A stretch of DNA of 63,260 nucleotides, counting the filler, from Octopus bimaculoides (lineage: Eukaryota), in NCBI RefSeq assembly GCF_001194135.2. It is 7 parts of 6 records of this genome, joined end to end, with 100 filler letters (N's around TTAATTAATTAA, not from the genome) between each part and the next. Parts side by side here need not be neighbours in the genome. Positions count along the whole stretch, not along the records: positions 1 to 25,151 come from NC_068981.1; 6 more parts are not named here. One strand, 5' to 3'. Of this stretch, positions 1-12,009 are shown one piece after another. The notes beneath the pieces are model-generated. The model had not been told where the DNA came from. It saw only the letters and a list, made by a program, of their open reading frames with translations, and made no database searches. The position numbers and the translations under genes are program-made. Numbering within the stretch: position 1 is the first letter of the stretch; every line of letters starts with the position of its first letter.

Positions 1-24
1 GAAGACCCGGCAAACCAAGTAGAT

Positions 25-430
25 CGTTGCCAGTGCCCCTGGACTGGCTCTTGTGCGGGTGGCACATGGGATGCACCATTTTGAGCGTGGCCGTTGCCAG
101 TACCGCCTGACTGGCCTTCATAGGATTTTTAAATGAGATCATTGCCAGTGCCGCTGGACTGGCTCTTGTGCAGGTGGCACATAAAAGACACCATTTTGAG
201 CGTGGCCATTGCCAGTACCGCCTGACTGGCCCTCGTGCGGGTGACACGTAAAAGCACCCACTACACTCTCTGAGTGGTTGGCGTTAGGAAGGGCATCCAG
301 CTGTAGAAACTCTGCCAAATTTAGATTGGAGCCTGGTGTTGCCATCCGGTTTCACCAGTCCTCAGTCAAATCGTCCAACCCATGCTAGCACGGAAAGCGG
401 ACGTTAAACGATGATGATGATGATGATGAA
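25..430 (+). mobile_element. RTE-LINE 3' UTR/tail (5'-truncated copy or RTE-tailed SINE) with internal tandem hairpin units, ending in (ATG)n
   Basis: Near-identical to the tail at 34491-34787, which is joined across gaps to an RTE ORF. Ends in GGACGTTAAACG(ATG)n. Confidence 0.85.
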
Positions 431-454
431 TAACATCAGCAAAAAAAAAAAAAT

Positions 455-580
455 ACCTCAGGAATGAGAACCCAGGGTTCGGTTCAAAATTCTACCAGGA
501 CACCTGATGAAGGCTGGAGAGTAAATCAGCTGAAACAAAGAAGATGAGGACACATATCTGTACAATGTAAATAATGTAGA
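455..580 (+). repeat. Penelope-type terminal-repeat remnant with a partial hammerhead core
   Basis: CTGATGA at 504-510, stem GGCTG/CAGCT, GAAA at 532-535. Helices I and III are not recognisable. Confidence 0.35.
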
Positions 581-1774
581 GTGATGAACTCTACCAATTT
601 GACTTAAGGTAAATCTCATGAAAAGGAAGTTTTGACGATAATTTTATGACCCATTTTTTCATGGATTTTGTTACCATTATCTTCTACCTTTTATTTGTTT
701 CCGTCACTGGACTGCAACCATACTGGGGCACTACCTTGAAGGGTTTAGTCTAACAAACCAACCTCAGTACTTATTTTTTAAGTCTGGTACTCATTATATC
801 AATGTCTTTTGCTGAACTACTAAATTATGTCAACATAACCAAACCAGCAGTAGTTGTCAAGCAGGGGAGGAGGCAATGTCTTCCATATTGAAAAAATTCA
901 TCCTTTACATTCAAATAATCTCCTAATTAAAACAACTTTTGATACTATTATATCTGGCTGGAAACAAAAAAAAAATAAACTATACCAATTGCCTATATTT
1001 TTTTATTTTCTCAGTTCTATGCTTACATGGGTTGGATGGTTTGACAATGATGTATTAATTAGTAAAATTGTTGAGCTACAAACAGTATCATATTGCAAGA
1101 GTTGATAATCTGTGTCAAAGATTATAGTAAGATAAACTTGAATAACATCCATTTAAATGACATTATGTTAAGTTTACATTTACTGAATAAAATGTTAAAA
1201 TTTCCTCCTAAAATAGCACAATGCATTGGTGAAGAAATTCATTCTTAAGATACATGCCAAGAGAACCTCTACATGGTTGCTTAAACTGCTAAAAATAACA
1301 ACCATATTCCCTCAAATCACACACTCTCTTAAAGGAAAGAACATAAGATCATGTAGTACCGGTTACTCTTAAAAAAGACAGAATAGTCAAGTATGAAAAA
1401 TCTTTGATCATAAATCTGATTAATCAAGGAGGAACAACTAGCCAACATCTTTAAAGTATAAACTAGTAGCTTTAAGTCTGAATTCTTAGAACAGCATATT
1501 ATGTTTTTGTATTTGGTTTGCAAGACTCTTTATGTAAACTTGCATATTTAGACATATTTTCCTGTATTGTTTGATTGATCATTTAGTCAATCAGCTAGAT
1601 AGTCAATGCTTAACTAATTGACTAATAGAAATAAAGAAATGAAATAGAACCAATGTATGTATTTATTGGCATAATGACCCTCCTAAGACACAACAAACCT
1701 TAGAACAGCATGTCTCATTATAAAGGTGGCTTAGCCACAGTTGCAGATACCACTCAAATATTTCATTTCTCCAG

Positions 1775-1828
1775 TTACCTCACTCAGCCAGAACTGACTG
1801 AGGCTGCTCAAGAAAAACATAACAAAGT
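1775..1828 (+). CDS. Coding exon of an unidentified plus-strand gene: (x)YLTQPELTEAAQEKHNK(V)
   Basis: Acceptor tttcatttctccag and donor GTAAGT at 1829. The 54-nt exon is open and phase-compatible with the next two exons. Confidence 0.75.
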
Positions 1829-1909
1829 GTAAGTAACATTTTCTAGATGAGCTATTTAACATTGAATGATGGAAGTAGCTTCTTTCTCTGTGTTTTTTCA
1901 TCATTTCAG

Positions 1910-1930
1910 ATGTCGGTACTCCTGTAGAAA
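1910..1930 (+). CDS. 21-nt coding micro-exon: (V)CRYSCR(K)
   Basis: Long pyrimidine tract plus CAG at 1907-1909 and donor GTAAAT at 1931. Phase 2/2 links the flanking exons; upstream intron is 81 nt. Confidence 0.65.
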
Positions 1931-2253
1931 GTAAATGGTTAAATTAACTTGACTCTAGTTCTCAAACAAAACTTAGGGCTAACATTTTATGCTAACACAT
2001 GCAAAACAACAACAACAGCACTTCTAGAGCTTTGCTTTAATCAATTGCTTTTCAAAATTTCAATATGTTTTATATTTGACATTCATGTCTTGAGGATAAT
2101 ATATTTTTAAAAATTATATTGATCATTATTAGACTTTATAAGAGATACTTTACTATATTGTCAAACCAATGAGAAAAGATGCAAGCATCAGATCAACTAA
2201 AGAGCCTTTCTTTAGATTGATAAGAAAAAAAATGTTACTGTTTAGAAAATAGC

Positions 2254-2630
2254 ACGGGCATAGCTGTGTGGTAAGAAGCTTGCTTCCCGACCACATGGTT
2301 TTGGGTTCAGTCCCACTGTGTGACATTTTGAAGTATCTTCTACTATAACCATGGGCCTACCAAAGTCTTGTGAGTGGATTTGGTAGATGGAAACAGAAAG
2401 AAGTCCACTGTGTGTGTGTGTGTGTGTGTTTGTCTCCCATCACAGCTTGATAACTAGTGTTGGTGTGTTTATGTCTCCATAACTTAGTGGTTCAGCAAAA
2501 TAGATTGACAGAGACCAGGGTTTAAAAATAAATAAAAAAGTATTGGAGTTGATCCATTCAACTAAAAATTCTTCACGGTGGTGCTCCATCATGGCCAAAG
2601 CCTAATGACTGAAACAAATAAATGATAAGA
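2254..2630 (+). mobile_element. tRNA-derived SINE, family A (head, (TG)n core, tail)
   Basis: Homologous to copies at 8750-9128, 42070-42545, 44710-45150 (minus) and 61320-61755. Has an A/B-box-like head (GCTGTGTGGTAAG...GGTTCAGTCCC). Confidence 0.85.
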
Positions 2631-3043
2631 TATTGCAGCAATTTATAATGTGAAAATCAACACAACCACAACTGTTTCAATGGCAACTGAAAAGTTGAAA
2701 ATGAAATGAAAACATCAGAAGAGAATTTTAGATAAGAGAGATTCACCTGAGAATTAAATTAGTCATATCTCCTATAACTAGTCATTGCAAAACAACAGAT
2801 CATATGTATTTATTCTTCACCTTGATAAAGAAAAAAATTGCAAGATAAATATTAAAAAAAACCCAGAAATTGTTCCAAGATTCACTTGAATAATGATATC
2901 ATTTTTTTTTTATGAATATCATACTAGAAAAAATGAATATACGATAGCAGGATTTCCCATGATGCACTTGAGTATGTAGAATACTGCTTTCTTAACCAAT
3001 CAAGATGAAGACTGAATTAAAAAAAAACAGCATTTCTTTTCAG

Positions 3044-3110
3044 GTGTCAGAGTGGATTCACTAATGAAAAGATGGATGTTAGTCAAAATAACTACTGTTG
3101 TTTCCAATGA
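3044..3110 (+). CDS. Terminal coding exon (K)CQSGFTNEKMDVSQNNYCCFQ* with a CaaX-like end
   Basis: Acceptor catttcttttcag. In frame with the micro-exon, TGA at 3108-3110, AATAAA at 3175 and 3468. Confidence 0.7.
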
Positions 3111-3786
3111 TTTTTTAAAAGAAAGAATTAATGTATATCTTAATTGCTATATAATTGACCCTGTAAAGGAGAAAAATAAAAAGTGCAGTGATATTAGGTA
3201 GTAAATTATGTCTTTGATATTATACATTGAAAGATGTTTTGATGAAGCAGAAATCAAACTTTATGATCTCACTTGTGCTTTCCAAAATGAGAGAAAACAC
3301 TATGAAGAAAGAACAACATATTTATAAATTTTCATTTTCCAATTTCTTATGTTCATAAGGTAGAAGAATTTGTTCCACTTTTCAATTCTCAGTTCTGCTG
3401 ATTTATTATATTTTGAAAATATTGCACTCAAATCAATGCATACTAATTTTTTTTTTTTACTAAGAGGAATAAATCAATATATTTCAAATCACATCAACTT
3501 ATCATAATTTCTTTCAAGTGTTACCAAATTTTCTTTGCACTTGAGATGCATTGGACATTTGAACATCATCCTGATCATTTTAACATCTATTTCTCCATGA
3601 GGTTGGACAGATTCTTTGCACAGTGTCTGTCTTGGTCTTTCATCATCTTTTCTTTGAAATCCAGCATCTTGAGATCTGATCTCTCCATTTTTTTTTCTCC
3701 CATCATCTTGGGTCTTAACCTTCTGTGAGTATCCACCTTTAACTGCACAGCAGTGTTTTGTCTCAGTACTCATCAAGTTGTAGAAA

Positions 3787-3864
3787 TCATGGTTTTTCAT
3801 CAGCTAAATTCTCATGTTTGAAGTAGAAGACATTTGCCCAAGATGCTGTATAGTGGCATCTAAC
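3787..3864 (-). CDS. Terminal coding exon VRCHYTASWANVFYFKHENLADEKP* of a minus-strand gene, possibly METTL24-like (Methyltransf_22)
   Basis: Minus-strand acceptor atatgcttccag, phase 0 matching the upstream exon, TGA at 3789-3787. HYTASWAN recalls the C-terminal CYTLSWVN of METTL24 as I remember it, so the family call is tentative. Confidence 0.65.
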   Translation of the reverse strand, partial: VRCHYTASWANVFYFKHENLADEKP

Positions 3865-4070
3865 CTGGAAGCATATGGTTGCAAAGTGAACTTAGTCACA
3901 CAGCTGTGTGTTATTCTAATCATTAAACCTTATTTGCAGAGCACTTATTAACCTCAATCAACAATAATTCTCTTCTACAATAGCTGCCCTAGTTTTTAGT
4001 CACTGCTATCACTGATATAGGGTCAAATAAGAAGCAGTGAGTTATCAGAAGCACAAGAATATTATATTAA

Positions 4071-4299
4071 CCTTTTAGCATTTAAACCAGCAGTATCTGG
4101 TCAAGATCTTTCTTTTTATTGTTCAAACAAGCTAGATCCAACCTCTGAAATCTGTCATTAGGATGACATTGTAATGTCATCTTAATAATAAACAGTCACA
4201 TCACCAAAACCTCAGAGCTATGAGACAATTCTTGATTAATTCAAAACAATCTAATTGAACAAGCATTACATTTGACACATTGATCTGAGTGCTAAAGGG
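4071..4299. mobile_element. piggyBac-type MITE
   Basis: TTAA on both sides (4067-4070, 4300-4303) and termini CCTTTTAGCATT / GTGCTAAAGGG. Homologous to 9983-10203. Confidence 0.8.
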
Positions 4300-4649
4300 T
4301 TAAATATCCTTTCTCTGCACTCTGGGTTCAAACTATGATGGGGTTTTCTTTTCTTCAGTTCATTGTATATAATACAAATAGTAAGAGTACATATGAGTCC
4401 CATTAAACCAACTATATATGACAAATTTGAAAAGAAATTTCCCCTGGATCTAATCAAAAGCTTTGTAGCAAGACTTGAAACTGAGCCATCAGATTACAAA
4501 GTTCAAGTCACAACATAGCACAATATTGTTCATGTGAGAGGCTGAGTTATTGAACAATCAGTAATCAGACATCACATCATAGATCATTCTAGATCTTTCT
4601 GGAATGTTTTGGTTCAAAGGTCATATAAAGGCTTGTTTTTAGTACCAAC

Positions 4650-4753
4650 CTTCAGTGTGTGGAAACCCATGGTCCAGCTCCACACACTCTCTTGCTGTTT
4701 ATAATAGCCATTTTCACAACCTCTGCTCAATTTGGATATGTCGTTATAATTGG
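4650..4753 (-). CDS. Coding exon (A)NYNDISKLSRGCENGYYKQQESVWSWTMGFHTLK of the same minus-strand gene
   Basis: Minus-strand acceptor ttgtctatag and donor AAG|GTTGGT. 104 nt = 2 nt + 34 open codons, joining the 3787-3864 exon in frame. Confidence 0.7.
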
Positions 4754-4934
4754 CTATAGACAATGGATGTTAAATGATGATGATGATGATGTGTATATTT
4801 TCTCCTGTTTTGATGAGCTTAAGTACAGAGCTTTTATGATCAACTATTTATGAATACTACGGAACTATTCTTTCAATTGTGTTGACTTATTGTGGAAACT
4901 TTCTAATTCATGCCCAACCTAATATTACTCATAC

Positions 4935-5150
4935 ATAGCTGGCGGAATTGTTAACATGTTGGGCAAAATGCTTAGCAGCATTTAGTCTGTCTTTATGTTC
5001 TGAGTTGAAATTCCACCAAGGTTGACTTTGCCTTTCATCCTTTCTGGGTTGCTAAAATAAGTACCAGTTGAGTACTGGGGTCGATGTATTCAACTCATCC
5101 CCTCCCCCAGAATTGCTGGCCTTGTGCCAAAATTTGAAACCATTATTAAA
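4935..5150 (+). mobile_element. tRNA-derived SINE, family B (Deu/Nin-like core)
   Basis: TGGCGGAATTGTTAAC A-box, GAGTTGAAATTC B-box and core GTTGACTTTGCCTTTCATCC...AAGTACCAG. Homologous to 27378-27614, 32690-32860, 49822-50032 and 50670-50845. Confidence 0.8.
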
Positions 5151-5224
5151 TGTTCGCATGGTGTTGTTACATCATTTATATGCAGCCTTACCTACAGATC
5201 ACCTATTAGTGACAGCCTTAATTA

Positions 5225-5511
5225 GAGAAGTCGATGCCAGTGCCCCCTGACTGGCTCCCTTTCCAGTGGCATGCAAAAAGCACCATCCGAACGTAATTGA
5301 TGCCAGGTCCACCTGACTGGCTCCTGTGCTGGTGGCACATAAAAAGCATCCACTACACTCTCGGAGTAGTTGGCATTAGGAAGGGCATCCAGCTGTAGAA
5401 ACATTGCCAGACCAGATTGGAGCCTGGTGCAGCCACTGGTTTTCCAGACCTCAGTCACACTGTCCAACCCATGCCAATATGGTAAACAGATGTTAAACGA
5501 TGATGATGATG
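5225..5511 (+). mobile_element. RTE 3' tail copy
   Basis: Homologous to 25-430; ends in (ATG)n. Confidence 0.8.
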
Positions 5512-7728
5512 AAGTTTATTTTACGAATTAAAGAGCCAAATGAGATACCTTATGGTCTTTAAGGTTTGATGCTGTCCTGTTCTGAGTTCTAATCCCAGCA
5601 AATTCAGATTTGTTTCCAGAGTAAAATAAGTACCATTGAGAAAGTAGCCTGATTCTGTTGATAATACCTCCTCTACTATAAGACAGGTCTTCTAGACTTG
5701 CCAAAACAGACATTGGAGCTTGTCAGCCCTCTGACCTGTTGGGCTCTTTCAAACTGTCTGACCCACACCAGCATGGAATACAGATGCTAAATGATGATGA
5801 TGATGATGAATGTCATGTGTGTGCGTGCGTGTGTGTATGTGTGTGTGTTGTGTGTGTGCTGTGTGTGTTGTGTGCATGTGAATGTCTGTGTTTATGTCAT
5901 CATCATTATCATCATTATTATCATCATCATCACCATTAAATATCTGTTTTCCAGTACAGTTTGACAGAAGCTGGCCAGCTTAAGAACTGCCCAGGCTCCA
6001 TGTCTGTTTTAGCATGGTTCCTGTGGCTGGCAGCCCTTCCTATTGCTAACCACTTTACAAAGTGAAGTGGGTGCTTTTTACACAGCTCCAGCATGGGTGC
6101 ATTTACATGACACCACTATGGCACTGGCACCCTTGAGCCCACAAGATTAGGAATGCTCAACTGGAGAAGGATGCAGGAGACATACCTGAATGCAAGGACA
6201 ACCATGCTTTTAACTTAGCTTGATGTGTCTTCTCAAGCACAGCAAACTGCCAGAAGTCTCGGCCTTCTGTTGATCCCTCTGATAGTTGACCCTAGTTTAA
6301 AACCTCATATTGTTACCTTCACCTTAGCAGAGGTGATAATATAAACTAAACCCTGGAAGCGTGGGAGCAATCCTATGACTGCTACCAATTAAAGTGTCAT
6401 TGAACTGTTATCTTTTCTTCACCTCATGAGTAACTCTTATTAGATTCTTGTTTCTCATTACGTTACCTGTGCTATCTTTTCTTTAATCAGTATTTCTAAT
6501 TACATTTTTGATGCTCATGGTAAGAAGTTTGCTTCTCAACTACCTGGTTATGGGGTTATGGGTTCAATCCTACTGTCTGGCACCTATAGCCCTGGGCCAA
6601 CCAAAACCTTATGAGTGTATAATCTGGTACATGTTCTAAGATTGACATCCAAACACACTGAAATGTTTGTATTGAGCTTCTGACATGAATGCTATACTGC
6701 ATAGTCAACAAAATCAAAAACAAGTAATGCACTAATGCACTAATGCACATGTGTGGAATAAAAATATAAAATGGTGACAATTTAGCCATCGCACACTGGA
6801 GCAAAACGCATATAATAAAATTAAAAGAACTTATTTATTAAATGCCTTTTGGAATTAAAGGAACTCATTTATTGCCACGCTGAATATCCCCGAGAACTAC
6901 GTTAAGGGTACATGTGTCTGTGGAGTGCTCAGCCACTTGCACGTTAATTTCACGAGCAGGCTGTTCCGTTGATCGGATCAACTGGAACCCTCGACAACAA
7001 CAACATACATATATATNNNNNNNNNNNNNNNNNNNNNNNNNNNNNNNNNNNNNNNNNNNNNNNNNNNNNNNNNNNNNNNNNNNNNNNNNNNNNNNNNNNN
7101 NNNNNNNNNNNNNNNNNNNNNNNNNNNNNNNNNNNNNNNNNNNNNNNNNNNNNNNNNNNNNNNNNNNNNNNNNNNNNNNNNNNNNNNNNNNNNNNNNNNN
7201 NNNNNNNNNNNNNNNNNNNNNNNNNNNNNNNNNNNNNNNNNNNNNNNNNNNNNNNNNNNNNNNNNNNNNNNNNNNNNNNNNNNNNNNNNNNNNNNNNNNN
7301 NNNNNNNNNNNNNNNNNNNNNNNNNNNNNNNNNNNNNNNNNNNNNNNNNNNNNNNNNNNNNNNNNNNNNNNNNNNNNNNNNNNNNNNNNNNNNNNNNNNN
7401 NNNNNNNNNNNNNNNNNNNNNNNNNNNNNNNNNNNNNNNNNNNNNNNNNNNNNNNNNNNNNNNNNNNNNNNNNNNNNNNNNNNNNNNNNNNNNNNNNNNN
7501 NNNNNNNNNNNNNNNNNNNNNNNNNNNNNNNNNNNNNNNNNNNNNNNNNNNNNNNNNNNNNNNNNNNNNNNNNNNNNNNNNNNNNNNNNNNNNNNNNNNN
7601 NNNNNNNNNNNNNNNNNNNNNNNNNNNNNNNNNNNNNNNNNNNNNNNNNNNNNNNNNNNNNNNNNNNNNNNNNNNNNNNNNNNNNNNNNNGAGAGAGAGA
7701 GAGAGAGAGGGAGGATATAGATAGATAA

Positions 7729-7761
<33 letters not shown>

Positions 7762-8749
7762 CATATATATATACATGCATACGAACAGACAGACAAACAG
7801 ACAGATAGATAGATGTGTGTGGGGTGGAATGTTACTGTTGTGTTTGTCTTATCATGTGATAGTTGCAAATAATTGTCACCATCATGCAAGCTGTGTCCTT
7901 TGTTTCTAATCTTCCATGAACACATGTCTGGTTATGGGGAAACATTAGCTTACTCGGAAACAGGTGAGGGTTGGCAACAGGAAAGGGAGGGATCTGGCTG
8001 TAGAAAATCCACCTCAACAAATTCTGTCTGACCCATGCAAGCATGGAAGAGTGGACATTAAAAGAATGATGATAATGATTAGATTAAATGTGTTATCTTT
8101 TCTTCACCTTGTAAGTGTTTCTAATTAGGTTTTTCATGCTTGTTACACTAAATATATTAACACTAACTTAGCTAGTTCAGGGTGATTTGATCAATGTATA
8201 GTACTTTATTCTATTTCTCACAATGTGTGAAAAACGTTTATCAGTTACAAGTTGGCAGTTGTAGTTATAATCTTTTATATCAGTCAGCTGTGTTTGAGCG
8301 GTTCTATTATATGAGATTAGCTAATCAAACATTTAGTGACCCACAACTTCAATGCACCAGATATTAACCCGGAATTTTATCTTTGCCCTACGTGTTGTTA
8401 ACTTTATCAACTATTACAAGATTAAATGCACCAGTATGGCCTCAGCCCATTGGCTTGAACCAATAGAAGAGTAATTGGTCTTTGGAGGAATTGTTACTAA
8501 GTTCTTTATCTTTTATCTTTAGTTTGTTTTAGCCATAGGTCTGTGGCCATGCTATAGCACTGTCTTGAAGGGTTTAGCTGAATAAATCAACCCCAGTACT
8601 TATTCTTTTTTTAAGTCTTCTACTTATTATATCAGTCTCTTTTATTGAACTGCTAAGTTATGGGGAGATAACCACATCAACACCAGTTGTCAAGATATAC
8701 TTGCACATACATACACACATACAAACACTAAGATACACTTGCACACGTA

Positions 8750-8889
8750 ACTTGCTTACCAACCACATGGTTCCGGGTTCAGTCCCACTGTGTGGAATCT
8801 TGAGCAAGTGTCTTCTACTATAGCCTCAGGCCGACCAAAGCCTTGTGAGTGGATTTGGTAGACGGAAACTGAAAGAAGCCCATCTTCAC

Positions 8890-8924
<35 letters not shown>

Positions 8925-9128
8925 ACATTTGTGTGTCTGTGTTTGTCCCCATACCATTGCCTGACAACCGATGCTGGTGTATTTATGTCTCTGTAACTTA
9001 GCAAAAGAGACCGATAGAATAAGTACTAGGCTTACAAAGTTTAAGTCCTGGGGGTCGATTTGTTTGACTAAAGGCAGTGCTCCAGCATGGCCGCAGTTGA
9101 ATGACTGAAACAAATGAAAGAGTAAAAG
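8750..9128 (+). mobile_element. SINE family A
   Basis: Head, (TG)n core and GACTGAAACA tail as in the other family A copies. Confidence 0.85.
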
Positions 9129-9982
9129 AATACACACATCCATGTATGCATGCACACATACATACATACATACATACATACACACATGCATACACACACA
9201 TACGTAAATGCACCCAATATGGGTTTCTATACAATTTCTATCTACCAAATTCACTCACAAGTTATTGGTTGGCCCAAGACTAGAATAGTGCCCAAAACAC
9301 CATGCAATGAGACTGAACCCAAAACCACATGGCTATAAAGCTAGCATCTTAACTACACAGCTATTCCTGCATCTATTTACTTAGTTTCATTAAGTACTTA
9401 CTAGTATAATCAAATAATCGATCAATCAAGTTAATTGAATCTAATTATAAAATTTGAGCAAAAAATATTGGGGCACAATGAGTAAGATTTACTGCATTTT
9501 TGACTTTGAGAAAAAAGACTATATCAGCTAAGCAAATGACCTCGAAATGTATTAAAAACACTATAACATAATCTGAACATTATTTCAAAAAATTATCTCT
9601 GTTCTCTTTGAGTATATAAAAGGCAAATTTAGATGGGACAAAATGAGTAAGGCAAGATAATTACATTTGAGAAAGACTCGTACACATCAATATCCATCCT
9701 TAGACATCAGAAAGATGAAGAAATTATTGAAATGCAACAAACATTTAAAATATCTAGGTTAAACTGAAAGAGGTCACAGAAAAATGACACATGATATGAA
9801 ATTAACAAAACTCAAGTGAGTATAAAAGCTCAATATAAAATATTGTTTATAGCTTCTTCATGATCTGCTGGAGTGGCTCTCTTCATGGTATACTTACATA
9901 CCATGCAGTTAAAGAGAAGAAATTATTGAAATTAGTCATTACTCATTTTGCCCTTGTTTAGACATCATTTTTTGAAAATTAA

Positions 9983-10203
9983 CCCTTTAGCATTTAAACC
10001 GGCCATATCCGGCCCAAATATTCTACTTGTTTTATGTTCAAACTGGCCAGATCTGGCTTTGTACAATTATCCTACAATGTCATTCTAAGAATAAGCAATC
10101 ACATCCTCAGAATTTCAATACTACAATGTCTTTGCATGATTAATTCAAAACAATTTGATTATATAAGCATTACATTTGACAGAATAATCTGAATACTAAA
10201 GGG
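9983..10203. mobile_element. piggyBac-type MITE
   Basis: TTAA TSD (9979-9982, 10204-10207) and TIR CCCTTTAGCATT / AATACTAAAGGG. Confidence 0.85.
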
Positions 10204-10374
10204 TTAAAAATGATCAAATTAGACATTAGAACAGGGGGGAAAATTGATTTGGAATCCAACAGAGAAAAGAATATTGATTATTAAACATGAAAAACTATCC
10301 AGATATTTTATAAGCAACCTCAATTACAATCAAGTCAAAGCTGAGGAAAAATTTCTTGAAATAAAAAAATGTAC

Positions 10375-10417
10375 CTGTCACCCATGTTTCAAATTCTCTC
10401 TCCTTCAACATCAACAA
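10375..10417 (-). CDS. Candidate upstream exon LLMLKEREFETWVT(A) of the minus-strand gene
   Basis: Donor CAG|GTACAT, and the phase-1 end fits the 4650-4753 exon. The peptide resembles METTL24 LLKELEQKDF. The acceptor (cagcatag) is weak. Confidence 0.4.
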
Positions 10418-10784
10418 CTATGCTGACCAATTGTTACTCCCAAATATGATGCAAGAGTACAAAATGATGATGCAGTACTTACAATGTAATGGTTTCAAAC
10501 AGGCAGGGAGAAAATCACCAGAAATCAGAAATTACCCATTTTGACCCCACCTTACTAATGTATTTAATCCAATTATACTGTGTGATTGGCTATACCCATA
10601 TACTTGTAACTCAGGATGTAGAAGATAGGCATTTTGTTTGCTGATGTTTTGGACACCCTTATCTTCATTGAGAAACCACAGGAGGAATTGACCACAGCCC
10701 AGTATTGCAAATTAATACAATACTAAAAGGTGCAAGCATGGCTATGGGGCTAAGAAGCTTGCTTTCTGATCATGTAATTTCAGG

Positions 10785-11110
10785 CACATTGCTCAGTGGT
10801 TAGAGCATTGGGCTCATCACAATCATGAAGTAGTGAGTTCGATTCCTGGACTGGGCTGTATGATGTGTTCTTGAGCAAGACACTTTGTTTCACGTTGCTC
10901 CAGTTCACTTAGCTGTAGAAACGAGTTGCAATGTCACTTGTGCCAAGCTGTATCAGCTTTTGCCTTTCCCTTGGATAACATCGGTGGCATGGAGAACGGA
11001 AGCTAGTATACATGAGTGACTGCTGGTCTTCCATCAGACTTGTGCCTTGGAGGGTAAGTTCCTAGGTGCAAACCTATGGTCATTCATGACCAGAGGAGGT
11101 CTTTAACCAC
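10785..11110 (+). mobile_element. tRNA-derived SINE with a Meta/V-like core, nested inside a family A SINE (10730-11200)
   Basis: GCTCAGTGGTTAGAGCA A-box, GAGTTCGATTCC B-box and GTGTTCTTGAGCAAGACACTT core. The family A head lies upstream and its continuation downstream. Confidence 0.7.
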
Positions 11111-12009
11111 TGCATGGTAAGCTGAGCAAGTATCTTCTTCTATAGATCCAGATTAACTAAAGCCTTGTAATTGGAATTGATGGATGGAAACTGAAAGAGG
11201 TTCACTGCTATCATCACTGTCGTCATAGTGATTGTTGAAAGTGAAAGTCACTGGATGTGTACTGGTACCCTAAAATAATCATGGAGTTGTTGTTATGAAA
11301 CCACAGGAAATAATATAGGCTGATTAAGTTACACAAAGGGGTTTATCAGAAATGGCAAAAAGTGAAGAGGCCATGTAATAAAATAAAAGCTAGAATAAGC
11401 TGTAATGAGACTGAAATCTGATCATTTATCAGGGAAGGAGCTCGTCAAGCTAAAACTAATTACTCGAACAATAAGCATATCAACAACATTTTATAGCTTT
11501 TCTAAACAAGAGTCTTTAATAGGCAACAAATAATTCATATCACGAGGAGGAAGATTATGTTTAATTAGATTTGATAACTGAACAACAGTGGGGAGATGAA
11601 AGGAGCAATTCAAAGGGATGGAATATTAATAAAGACTATTTTTTCTAAGCAGTAGAATTTCTGAATCAACTCTTTCTTCCCACTGTTCAACTCCTGGTCA
11701 GTTTTGACTAAAAGACCCCTGATCAAAGGTGTTCTAGTCATGTCTGTTTTATCCTTCTCTTGGACATTGTGTATTAAGGACTAAATTATCAAATGTGTCC
11801 CTCTCTTCTTTAAAGATATTAGGATTTAATTTGAGAGATTTGGCTGCTATTTCCAGCAAGTTGAGTAACCATATTAAGGATCCCTTGTTGGCTTACTCTT
11901 ATACTCTTTTACTTGTTTCAGCCTCTGCACAGTTACACCTTTATATATATATTTTTTTCCGTAATGCCTAGGAGATGATGATTCAATCAGAATGTAAAGT
12001 CCTGTAACC

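Noticed and set aside
25-245. Regularly spaced repeats resembling a CRISPR array
   Set aside because: The context is eukaryotic, the intervening sequences are themselves repeated, and no cas genes are present. It is part of an RTE tail.
139-345. Recurrent short ORF ...AEFLQLDALPNANHSESVV... (also 5222-5467, 34555-34779 and 55949-56143)
   Set aside because: It is the antisense reading of the RTE 3' UTR repeat, not a gene family.
6865-7925. Long ORFs in the ORF track that span N runs, and HT/YI/CV/NN-repeat ORFs throughout the window
   Set aside because: They come from translating gaps and microsatellites.
9700-9900. Peptide look-alikes (LRMDIDVYES; MKRATPADHEEAINNIL; LLHDLLEWLSS)
   Set aside because: They have in-frame stops or lack a matching splice site, and are consistent with chance.
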